Part shown: positions 43,692 to 53,856 of the stretch, piece by piece
Layout of the letters: every line of letters begins with the position of its first letter
Numbering within the stretch: position 1 is the first letter of the stretch
Assembly (NCBI GenBank): GCA_000004985.1
Contig: GG738937.1
Strand: one strand, 5' to 3'
DNA length: 59,947 nt
DNA from: Naegleria gruberi
Lineage: Eukaryota
Notes under the pieces: model-generated
Seen by the model: only the letters and a program-made list of their open reading frames with translations
The model's database searches: none
What the model was told of the DNA's origin: nothing
Made by a program: the position numbers and the translations under genes

Positions 43692-44721
43692 NNNNNNNNN
43701 NNNNNNNNNNNNNNNNNNNNNNNNNNNNNNNNNNNNNNNNNNNNNNNNNNNNNNNNNNNNNNNNNNNNNNNNNNNNNNNNNNNNNNNNNNNNNNNNNNNN
43801 NNNNNNNNNNNNNNNNNNNNNNNNNNNNNNNNNNNNNNNNNNNNNNNNNNNNNNNNNNNNNNNNNNNNNNNNNNNNNNNNNNNNNNNNNNNNNNNNNNNN
43901 NNNNNNNNNNNNNNNNNNNNNNNNNNNNNNNNNNNNNNNNNNNNNNNNNNNNNNNNNNNNNNNNNNNNNNNNNNNNNNNNNNNNNNNNNNNNNNNNNNNN
44001 NNNNNNNNNNNNNNNNNNNNNNNNNNNNNNNNNNNNNNNNNNNNNNNNNNNNNNNNNNNNNNNNNNNNNNNNNNNNNNNNNNNNNNNNNNNNNNNNNNNN
44101 NNNNNNNNNNNNNNNNNNNNNNNNNNNNNNNNNNNNNNNNNNNNNNNNNNNNNNNNNNNNNNNNNNNNNNNNNNNNNNNNNNNNNNNNNNNNNNNNNNNN
44201 NNNNNNNNNNNNNNNNNNNNNNNNNNNNNNNNNNNNNNNNNNNNNNNNNNNNNNNNNNNNNNNNNNNNNNNNNNNNNNNNNNNNNNNNNNNNNNNNNNNN
44301 NNNNNNNNNNNNNNNNNNNNNNNNNNNNNNNNNNNNNNNNNNNNNNNNNNNNNNNNNNNNNNNNNNNNNNNNNNNNNNNNNNNNNNNNNNNNNNNNNNNN
44401 NNNNNNNNNNNNNNNNNNNNNNNNNNNNNNNNNNNNNNNNNNNNNNNNNNNNNNNNNNNNNNNNNNNNNNNNNNNNNNNNNNNNNNNNNNNNNNNNNNNN
44501 NNNNNNNNNNNNNNNNNNNNNNNNNNNNNNNNNNNNNNNNNNNNNNNNNNNNNNNNNNNNNNNNNNNNNNNNNNNNNNNNNNNNNNNNNNNNNNNNNNNN
44601 NNNNNNNNNNNNNNNNNNNNNNNNNNNNNNNNNNNNNNNNNNNNNNNNNNNNNNNNNNNNNNNNNNNNNNNNNNNNNNNNNNNCCAATTTTGAAAGTATG
44701 ATGGTTTTGTTGGTATTTCAG

Positions 44722-45676
44722 TGCTCGTCTTGATAGTAAGGGAAATTATTTCGCTACCATTCTTTTGAGTGGTGACGATTCCTTAATTGTCAGAGTTGAC
44801 CTTTCCAATAGAATCGGCCAAGTTTCGCATTTTGAAAGAACAAACATTTATACTTCAGTTTTAGCTGAAACTCAAAATTTTTACATTATTGGAACTTCTC
44901 CTCCTTCCATTCTTGGTTTAGATGCCACTACTCTCCAATTGAAGTGGACTGCAAACGTTACTGGAAGTGAAATGATTTTGGTCAACTCTGCAAATAGCAA
45001 GGATGATGTCATTTATGCAGCTGATTACAACATTTTGCACAAAATTCGTGTAAACGATGGTCGGATCATATCTTCATTCAAATTCCCACATGATATTGAT
45101 AATATCGCATATGTGAGTGGTGTGAATGGATGGGTTTCGGTTACTTTAGCAAACGATACTTCTATTTCTGTATCTTTCCTTAATATTGAAAACCAAATTG
45201 AAACAAGACTTGAAGTGATGAGTACTAGACATATGCCACATGTTGATTCTAATTCAGCTTGTTCTTATCCAATTGCTACTGCCAATCAAACTGGAAATAT
45301 TTTGGAAATTACGTCAATTGTCAAGTGTGAAATTACTTCAGGTTTTGGAGGCTCAGAAAAGATTATTGCAGTCAAATCCAGATTTGATAAAAATTCCTTA
45401 AAGCCATTGCCAAACGAACCAAACTTGATTTGGTCAACTGACACTTCTGCCCTCGTAATTGCCCAAATTGACTCCAAGACCATTCTATCAATGGAATATT
45501 CAGCAGAAAACAGCATTTATATTCAATACGATATTTCCACTGGTAAGATCATCAAAACATCTCCCTCTCGCATTTCAAGTGGTTATGGTTTCCCATATCT
45601 CGTAACAAGTTCCAACAATAAGGTCTATAGATATGAATTGACTCCACATATTGATGTTGAATCAGCTGATTTGTAA
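44722..45676 (+). CDS. Downstream exon of a gene, probably the same gene as 43102. Beta-rich, Ser/Thr/Asn-rich region of about 318 aa, stop at 45674-45676
   Basis: The frame opens at the acceptor GGTATTTCAG at 44719-44721 with no ATG; the track's start is a TTG. It encodes ...ARLDSKGNYFATILLSGDDSLIVRVDLSNRIGQ...YRYELTPHIDVESADL. Propeller-like composition. Homology not recognised. Confidence 0.45.
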
Positions 45677-45777
45677 AAGAATGGAAAGAATGGAATAAAA
45701 AGTGTTGGATTTATGGAATTCCTCCTTCATACTTCTTTCAATCATTACAATAATTGTTTTATCCGTATCGTACATTA

Positions 45778-45800
45778 CAGTCACGTCTCGAATAATGCGG
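45778..45800 (+). repeat. Left terminal inverted repeat of the MITE
   Basis: cagtcacgtctcgaataatgcgg; exact reverse complement at 46270-46292. Confidence 0.8.
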
Positions 45801-46269
45801 AGTCAGTCGATTTTTAAAACACTCCGAATTATTTGCATCCATTTTGTAATGAATTGATATGTTTTATGCATAAATCCTAACTTTTGATAATCTTGACAGC
45901 CATAAAGATGCCCAAAGAATGCAGCTAATGTAAATGTGACTTGTCATTCAACAGATCCTTCCAATGTAAGCTAAGAGATTTGCAAGCCGAATGGTATGAT
46001 GAGCAAGCAGAAATTATCATCAACAATAAGAAGAAGGTAAACACATTCCCAAAAGTCTCAACACAGCAACTAATTAACTGGACATCAATGGCATTAACTT
46101 CAGTAGAAGATAGAACAATTGTGAGTGGGTTCAAACAGGATTAGGCCTTGCAAAGGACGGTAGTGAAGATGATGAAGTGCTTTAGAAGAAGCATGCTGAA
46201 GAATAACACTCCGAATTATTTTTGTTGTTGCAATTTTTTTTTGAAAATCGACCTCCGAATTAATAAAAA

Positions 46270-46292
46270 CCGCATTATTCGAGACGTGACTG
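46270..46292 (-). repeat. Right terminal inverted repeat of the MITE
   Basis: ccgcattattcgagacgtgactg, followed by the TA duplication at 46293-46294. Confidence 0.8.
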
Positions 46293-46513
46293 TACCAAAA
46301 TACCATTGTAACTACAAGTCACATTCCAATTCGAAAATTTAATTCCCAATAATTCAATAGAATGACGCTTCTGGTGCTTTGAAGCTTAAATTTATACTGA
46401 TAGTTGATGCCATGAAAATTGGAAAGCACTTGTTTAAAGGATGTTGAGAGAAAACTCACAATCAGCATGAAGCTGGGCAAGACCAGTCTAAAAAATAGAA
46501 TTACACACACAAT

Positions 46514-47036
46514 ATGGGGCAAACACTTGCATACCCTGTCATGATCCAGACCATCCTTGATGGATGCAATTTTCTCTCAACATCCTTTAAACAAGTTGAT
46601 TTAAAGAAAACCTTCTTGGAATATGGTGAACAATGTAATGCCTTGAGTATTTTTGTAAAGGAAGCTAACAAACACATTTCAGAATTTTCTCCAACACTTA
46701 AAGAGAGATATAAATCGTTAAAGGTCAAACTCTATGAAGAATGTATGAAATTGACTAATTTGAATACCACATTCCGAACAACATTGAATTTGATGAAAAA
46801 AGAATTAGAATATTTTAGAGTTCTTGCGAAAACAGACGAAACTGCATTATTATTCACAAACAAAATCGCTTCACACGAAACAACTTTTAATGAAATGGCT
46901 AAAAGTTTTGAAAAGTACAAGGATGATTTAGGAACAATGGGCAGTGAATGTGTTGACATTGCCCAACAGATAGATAACGAAATACCAAAAGAGAAATTTG
47001 TAAAGCTCGTGCTTGGACAATTGTTGGCATAATTAC
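46514..47036 (+). CDS. Hypothetical protein starting MGQTLAYP..., N-terminal part; continues into the gap
   Basis: ATG at 46514. Gly2 gives a possible N-myristoylation context. Coiled-coil-like Lys/Glu-rich sequence. Open to the gap edge. Confidence 0.45.
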
Positions 47037-49448
47037 NNNNNNNNNNNNNNNNNNNNNNNNNNNNNNNNNNNNNNNNNNNNNNNNNNNNNNNNNNNNNNNN
47101 NNNNNNNNNNNNNNNNNNNNNNNNNNNNNNNNNNNNNNNNNNNNNNNNNNNNNNNNNNNNNNNNNNNNNNNNNNNNNNNNNNNNNNNNNNNNNNNNNNNN
47201 NNNNNNNNNNNNNNNNNNNNNNNNNNNNNNNNNNNNNNNNNNNNNNNNNNNNNNNNNNNNNNNNNNNNNNNNNNNNNNNNNNNNNNNNNNNNNNNNNNNN
47301 NNNNNNNNNNNNNNNNNNNNNNNNNNNNNNNNNNNNNNNNNNNNNNNNNNNNNNNNNNNNNNNNNNNNNNNNNNNNNNNNNNNNNNNNNNNNNNNNNNNN
47401 NNNNNNNNNNNNNNNNNNNNNNNNNNNNNNNNNNNNNNNNNNNNNNNNNNNNNNNNNNNNNNNNNNNNNNNNNNNNNNNNNNNNNNNNNNNNNNNNNNNN
47501 NNNNNNNNNNNNNNNNNNNNNNNNNNNNNNNNNNNNNNNNNNNNNNNNNNNNNNNNNNNNNNNNNNNNNNNNNNNNNNNNNNNNNNNNNNNNNNNNNNNN
47601 NNNNNNNNNNNNNNNNNNNNNNNNNNNNNNNNNNNNNNNNNNNNNNNNNNNNNNNNNNNNNNNNNNNNNNNNNNNNNNNNNNNNNNNNNNNNNNNNNNNN
47701 NNNNNNNNNNNNNNNNNNNNNNNNNNNNNNNNNNNNNNNNNNNNNNNNNNNNNNNNNNNNNNNNNNNNNNNNNNNNNNNNNNNNNNNNNNNNNNNNNNNN
47801 NNNNNNNNNNNNNNNNNNNNNNNNNNNNNNNNNNNNNNNNNNNNNNNNNNNNNNNNNNNNNNNNNNNNNNNNNNNNNNNNNNNNNNNNNNNNNNNNNNNN
47901 NNNNNNNNNNNNNNNNNNNNNNNNNNNNNNNNNNNNNNNNNNNNNNNNNNNNNNNNNNNNNNNNNNNNNNNNNNNNNNNNNNNNNNNNNNNNNNNNNNNN
48001 NNNNNNNNNNNNNNNNNNNNNNNNNNNNNNNNNNNNNNNNNNNNNNNNNNNNNNNNNNNNNNNNNNNNNNNNNNNNNNNNNNNNNNNNNNNNNNNNNNNN
48101 NNNNNNNNNNNNNNNNNNNNNNNNNNNNNNNNNNNNNNNNNNNNNNNNNNNNNNNNNNNNNNNNNNNNNNNNNNNNNNNNNNNNNNNNNNNNNNNNNNNN
48201 NNNNNNNNNNNNNNNNNNNNNNNNNNNNNNNNNNNNNNNNNNNNNNNNNNNNNNNNNNNNNNNNNNNNNNNNNNNNNNNNNNNNNNNNNNNNNNNNNNNN
48301 NNNNNNNNNNNNNNNNNNNNNNNNNNNNNNNNNNNNNNNNNNNNNNNNNNNNNNNNNNNNNNNNNNNNNNNNNNNNNNNNNNNNNNNNNNNNNNNNNNNN
48401 NNNNNNNNNNNNNNNNNNNNNNNNNNNNNNNNNNNNNNNNNNNNNNNNNNNNNNNNNNNNNNNNNNNNNNNNNNNNNNNNNNNNNNNNNNNNNNNNNNNN
48501 NNNNNNNNNNNNNNNNNNNNNNNNNNNNNNNNNNNNNNNNNNNNNNNNNNNNNNNNNNNNNNNNNNNNNNNNNNNNNNNNNNNNNNNNNNNNNNNNNNNN
48601 NNNNNNNNNNNNNNNNNNNNNNNNNNNNNNNNNNNNNNNNNNNNNNNNNNNNNNNNNNNNNNNNNNNNNNNNNNNNNNNNNNNNNNNNNNNNNNNNNNNN
48701 NNNNNNNNNNNNNNNNNNNNNNNNNNNNNNNNNNNNNNNNNNNNNNNNNNNNNNNNNNNNNNNNNNNNNNNNNNNNNNNNNNNNNNNNNNNNNNNNNNNN
48801 NNNNNNNNNNNNNNNNNNNNNNNNNNNNNNNNNNNNNNNNNNNNNNNNNNNNNNNNNNNNNNNNNNNNNNNNNNNNNNNNNNNNNNNNNNNNNNNNNNNN
48901 NNNNNNNNNNNNNNNNNNNNNNNNNNNNNNNNNNNNNNNNNNNNNNNNNNNNNNNNNNNNNNNNNNNNNNNNNNNNNNNNNNNNNNNNNNNNNNNNNNNN
49001 NNNNNNNNNNNNNNNNNNNNNNNNNNNNNNNNNNNNNNNNNNNNNNNNNNNNNNNNNNNNNNNNNNNNNNNNNNNNNNNNNNNNNNNNNNNNNNNNNNNN
49101 NNNNNNNNNNNNNNNNNNNNNNNNNNNNNNNNNNNNNNNNNNNNNNNNNNNNNNNNNNNNNNNNNNNNNNNNNNNNNNNNNNNNNNNNNNNNNNNNNNNN
49201 NNNNNNNNNNNNNNNNNNNNNNNNNNNNNNNNNNNNNNNNNNNNNNNNNNNNNNNNNNNNNNNNNNNNNNNNNNNNNNNNNNNNNNNNNNNNNNNNNNNN
49301 NNNNNNNNNNNNNNNNNNNNNNNNNNNNNNNNNNNNNNNNNNNNNNNNNNNNNNNNNNNNNNNNNNNNNNNNNNNNNNNNNNNNNNNNNNNNNNNNNNNN
49401 NNNNNNNNNNNNNNNNNNNNNNNNNNNNNNNNNNNNNNNNNNNNNNNN

Positions 49449-50371
49449 ATTCGATGATTCAAAGTGTCAACAATCAAAATCTCATTATTCAAACCCAATG
49501 CAACACTATTTGGATAATTCAATTTGGCACTTGTAGCCAAACCACCATCCCCACTCAATCCTGCAGTTCCAGTTCCTGCAATTGTTGTAATCTTTCCATT
49601 TTTAGAAATCTTTCTAATTCTGTGATTTCTAGAATCAGCAAAAATAATTTCACCAATTGAGTTGATGATTATTCCCTTTGGATTGAAGAGTTTGGCTGAA
49701 ACTGCATTTCCATTATCACCAGAGTATCCAGAACTTCCATAAACTCCAGCAATTGTTACAATAGTTCCATTAAGATAGACCTTTCGAATAACATTGTTAT
49801 TTGTATCTGAAATGATGACTTCTGCAGTTGAAGAATTGACGGCAAGATATTGTGGAGAATTAAGTGTGGTATTTGTTGCTAATGAGTTACTGTACTTGTT
49901 CAATTCAGTTTCACCTGCAATTCCAGCAATTGTTGTGATCTTTCCATTGAGAGCCGAAACCTTTCTAATAACATGATTAGACTTATCTGCAATATAGACA
50001 TCACCATTAGAATGAACAGCAACACCACTTGGAAAATTCAACTCTGCATTAATTGCCAAACCGCCATCACCACTAAATGATGAAGAACCAATACCAGCAA
50101 TTGTTGAAATAACGCCACTACTTGAAAACGAAACCTTTCGAATTCTGTGATTAAACGAATCAGCAATTAATAAATCACCATTATACATGGCCATACCAGA
50201 TGGATAGTTCAACAAGGCATTGGTTGAAATCAACCCATCACCAATAAAACTTCCTCCTCCAACAATTGTTGAAATATTGTTAAAAGAAAGTGCGCTCAAT
50301 TGGTGAATTAGAGAACAGCAAATCACAAATAGAAATAGGAACGACAATAGAGAGGCGGTGCCAGCAGTCAT
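49449..50371 (-). CDS. Secreted NHL-repeat protein, N-terminal part; continues into the gap
   Basis: ATG at 50371. A signal-peptide-like start MTAGTASLLSFLFLFVICCSLIHQLSALS is followed by at least six NHL units such as YPSGVAVHSNGDVYIADKSNHVIRKV and ITTIAGTGTAGLSGDGGLATSAKLNYPNSVALGLNNEILIVDTLNHR. No intron over 920 bp. Confidence 0.7.
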
Positions 50372-50748
50372 TGTGTAAAATCCTCTTGGAGAGTTCAACT
50401 GAAGCTCTGTTATTTTTTTTCTTTCATGTCGTTCACTAATCGACCTCAAATTTTAATGAAAAGTGATGGTTGTGTTCCATGTTTAATCATTTGAATGTCC
50501 ATATTTGAGAGCTTTAATACAATCTTTAATTTTTCAATGGATGATATCAATCATGTTTTGTAACAGAGTTGATTAGAATGTCAACGACTGATTTAACCTT
50601 TAATATTCTCGTCCTTTAAACCTTAAAGCTCTTGTTCAAGCTGCTTGTGTATTTCTTCCAATTATTCACATTTTCGAGAGGTTGTACATGATGAAAGCAC
50701 CAAACTTTCACAACATGATATAAATAGAACAGAAGCAATTATCATCAC

Positions 50749-50895
50749 ATGAAATTATGGAATTTATTTGGAAAATCACAAGTTGGTGTTCCATCATCCG
50801 ATAATTCACCAAAACCATCATCATTGTTTTCCATCCAATATAATGCTAAATTCATCATCACTGCTCTATTGGACAAGATGGAAAACTGTCAATGT
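50749..50895 (+). CDS. Possible 5' exon or start (MKLWNLFGKSQVGVPSSDNSPKPSS...) of the Cys-rich/TLDc gene
   Basis: ATG-initiated ORF running into the 50896-51415 gap on the same strand as the downstream gene. Its frame relationship to that gene cannot be determined across the gap. Confidence 0.3.
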
Positions 50896-51415
50896 NNNNN
50901 NNNNNNNNNNNNNNNNNNNNNNNNNNNNNNNNNNNNNNNNNNNNNNNNNNNNNNNNNNNNNNNNNNNNNNNNNNNNNNNNNNNNNNNNNNNNNNNNNNNN
51001 NNNNNNNNNNNNNNNNNNNNNNNNNNNNNNNNNNNNNNNNNNNNNNNNNNNNNNNNNNNNNNNNNNNNNNNNNNNNNNNNNNNNNNNNNNNNNNNNNNNN
51101 NNNNNNNNNNNNNNNNNNNNNNNNNNNNNNNNNNNNNNNNNNNNNNNNNNNNNNNNNNNNNNNNNNNNNNNNNNNNNNNNNNNNNNNNNNNNNNNNNNNN
51201 NNNNNNNNNNNNNNNNNNNNNNNNNNNNNNNNNNNNNNNNNNNNNNNNNNNNNNNNNNNNNNNNNNNNNNNNNNNNNNNNNNNNNNNNNNNNNNNNNNNN
51301 NNNNNNNNNNNNNNNNNNNNNNNNNNNNNNNNNNNNNNNNNNNNNNNNNNNNNNNNNNNNNNNNNNNNNNNNNNNNNNNNNNNNNNNNNNNNNNNNNNNN
51401 NNNNNNNNNNNNNNN

Positions 51416-52916
51416 GGAAGACCTTACTACCGAATTAAACAACCTCAAAGGAGCCAAATCTAAAATCCAATCAGCCATCGGCATTCTCTTCTCAGCAGCA
51501 GGAAATATGACCTCAACCATTGCTAAAAGACAAAAGCAAGCAGATAAAATCCAGAGCACCATTGATGGTCTGGAATCGGAGGTTGATATTATTGGTAAAA
51601 GATGTAAACATTATGGTGGTGAGGATTGTGATATTGCTTGTGCAGAGGGACGGAGAGGATATGATTGCTTAGCTCCAGTGTGTGATTCCAAATGTTCAAT
51701 ATGTGAATCGCCAGGTAATTGTTCTCAATGTTCAACAAATCATGATGGTGCCACCTGTTCTTTGTGTAAGACAGGATGGACTGGTGCTACTTGTTCAACC
51801 CCAGTATGTGATTCCAAATGTACAACATGTGGATCTCCTTCTGTTTGCTCAGTTTGTTCTGGTAATTATGATGGGACAACTTGTTCAATATGTAAAACTG
51901 GATGGTCTGGCATCACATGTTCAACACCGGTTTGTGATTCCAAATGTACAACCTGTGCATCTCCTGGTGTTTGCTCAGTTTGTTCTGGTAATTGGCAAGG
52001 ATCTACATGTTCCACATGTAAGACAGGATGGACAGGAGCAACTTGTTCAACACCAATTTGTGATTCCAAATGTACAACATGTGCATCTCCTGGTCAGTGT
52101 TCTGTGTGTTCTGCTGGTTGGACAGGAGCAACTTGTTCAACACCAGTTTGTGATTCTAAATGTACAACATGTACATCTCCTGGTCAGTGTTCTGTGTGTT
52201 CTTCTGGTTGGACAGGAGCAACTTGTTCAACACCAGTATGTGATTCCAAATGTACAACATGTACATCTCCTGGTGTTTGCTCAGTTTGTTCTGGTAACTG
52301 GGATGGTCCTTCATGTTCTGTGTGTAAAACTAGTTGGACAGGTTCATCTTGCAATCTCGCTCTTGGTGATTTTGCAAACTCACCATTATTCTCCGCTAGT
52401 TATGGAGCTAGGTTGATCACATCTATTTTGAGTGGCGTTATGAAGAAAACACCAACCAGACTCTATAGAGCCATGGGAAATGGCTATCATCCTTACGCGT
52501 TCCATAATGCCTGCAATGGTTATTCTTCAACAGTTACAATTGTGAAAACATCAGCAGGAGCCGTATTTGGTGCCTATCTAAGCATTCCATGGGAAGATTA
52601 TAATGCTGGGGATATAAGAATTCTCAAGACATTTTCAGATCCTAATGCATTTCTATTTAGTATGGTAACATCGAGCGGTGTGGAGAGATTTGTGAAATTG
52701 GGTTATTCTGGAGCTGTTGGACAAACTGTTACATACAATTTTATAACACATCCATTGTTTGGAGCGTCGGATATTTATTTGGGACAAGGGATGAGCTTTC
52801 AGCCAGCACCTGATGCTTATTCGAAACCAGCAACTTTTCAACCTTTGGAACCTAACTGGAGTTATGGAACTACATATTCATTCACTGTTTCTGATTATGA
52901 AGTGTATAGTGTTTAA
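51416..52916 (+). CDS. Coiled-coil segment, then a Cys-rich repeat array (furin-like/EGF-like CxxC repeats), then a C-terminal TLDc domain
   Basis: About eight units of the form CSTPVCDSKCTTCASPGVCSVCSGNWQGSTCSTCKTGWTGAT. C-terminal LYRAMGNGYHPYAFHNACNGYSSTVTIVKTSAGAVFGAYLSIPWED...NAFLFSM...LFGASDIYLG fits the TLDc consensus (LLYRgSRDGfsa.aFH.kCDgkg.TvtviKt..G.vFGGYts..W....FLFSL). Stop at 52914-52916. Confidence 0.7.
51620..52360 (+). repeat. Tandem coding repeats, 123-bp period, about 41 aa per Cys-rich unit
   Basis: acttgttcaacaccagt(a/t)tgtgattccaaatgtacaacatgt... recurs with high identity. This explains the out-of-frame ORFs in the track at 51682-52416 and 51866-52069, which are artefacts of the repeat. 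Confidence 0.75.
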
Positions 52917-53022
52917 ATTCAAAAATAAACCATCACCACAGAATAAGAAATAACTAAAATTATCTTTTTCTGTAATTTTCACTATTTTTACTCAAAATTC
53001 AAATATTCTCAATTAGAATAGC

Positions 53023-53856
53023 TCACATTCTAAGAATTGCACCTATTAAAAAGAACATGATAATCAGGAATGCGAATGAAGAAACCAATTGATTAGCATG
53101 AGAAACAATGGAATTGACCCTTTTGGTATTAGATAAAGTTCCAACTACAACTAGACCTGATGAAGTGGGTTGGTTTGAAACTGCCAAATTGAAACCATTG
53201 CTATTGACCACACCATTTGCATCAAAGACATAAACAAACAATTGATTAAGAGGAGTGTCTGTAAATTCTCCCAATCTCAAAGTTCCTTCAATGGTCGTTT
53301 CGTTCCACTTGTTTGGAACTATCAATTCCAGTTTAGTACAGTTGTAATAAACAGATGAGTTTCCCTTCAAAACTCGATGCCAAGTTTCATCAATATAGAG
53401 CGAGTCAAAATATTCGAATGAATTAATTTGAGCTCCATTAGAGACTTGAGTTTGATATACTTGTTTGAATGGATTTGGTCTTGAAGTTGTTCTAAACCGA
53501 AATCTCTTACTTTCATTCCAAGCTCTCAAGTTATCCTGCCAAAAGTGCAATTTTCCATCAATTTCATTAACACTATTAGATTGATACTGAAATTCTTCAT
53601 TTACCCATCTACGTTCAGCTGGTTGGATCTTATTCATCCAGGTTGATCTCAAGAATGGTCCATCTACACTATGTTCCACTTCCACCATTCCATATTTATC
53701 AAGACTCATATAGACATTAATTGGTTCCACTCCATACTCAACCCACAATCTAAAAACTTTGTGATTGAAAGAAAAGTAGACACCTGTGCCTTCATTGGCT
53801 GTCGCATTGATGAGTGGTGTTGAGAATTGGACATCATTTTCACCATAGAATAAGAT
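53023..53856 (-). CDS. C-terminal part of a large protein ending in a GPI-anchor-like signal. The 5' end is in the 5-kb gap
   Basis: The frame is open from the gap edge to TGA at 53023-53025. Several N-x-S/T sequons. A Ser/Thr-rich stretch NQPTSSGLVVVGTLSNTKRVNSIVSHANQ is followed by the hydrophobic tail LVSSFAFLIIMFFLIGAILRM at the very C-terminus. Confidence 0.55.
   Translation of the reverse strand: MLFYGENDVQFSTPLINATANEGTGVYFSFNHKVFRLWVEYGVEPINVYMSLDKYGMVEVEHSVDGPFLRSTWMNKIQPAERRWVNEEFQYQSNSVNEIDGKLHFWQDNLRAWNESKRFRFRTTSRPNPFKQVYQTQVSNGAQINSFEYFDSLYIDETWHRVLKGNSSVYYNCTKLELIVPNKWNETTIEGTLRLGEFTDTPLNQLFVYVFDANGVVNSNGFNLAVSNQPTSSGLVVVGTLSNTKRVNSIVSHANQLVSSFAFLIIMFFLIGAILRM

Larger units (their letters stand above)
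45778..46292. mobile_element. Non-autonomous Tc1/mariner-type DNA transposon (MITE-like, 515 bp)
   Basis: Perfect 23-bp terminal inverted repeats: CAGTCACGTCTCGAATAATGCGG at 45778-45800 and its reverse complement at 46270-46292. Both ends are flanked by TA (45776-45777 and 46293-46294). The 5'-CAGT termini are typical of the Tc1 family. Sub-terminal short repeats (acactccgaattattt at 45816 and 46204; gtcgatttt / aaaatcgac) are present. The internal ORF remnant ...LQAEWYDEQAEIIINNKKKVNTFPKVSTQQLINWTSMALTSVEDRTIVSGFK weakly resembles a Tc1 transposase C-terminal tail. Confidence 0.7.

Noticed and set aside
45925-46342. Short ORFs at 45925-46134, 45941-46144, 46100-46306 and 46148-46342
   Set aside because: All lie inside or across the 515-bp MITE. 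At most the one at 45941-46144 is a decayed transposase remnant. None is a host gene.
51682-52416. Out-of-frame ORFs inside the Cys-repeat array (51682-52416 plus strand, 51866-52069 minus strand)
   Set aside because: These are an artefact of the 123-bp tandem repeat. The real frame is the one giving the CxxC units and the TLDc domain.
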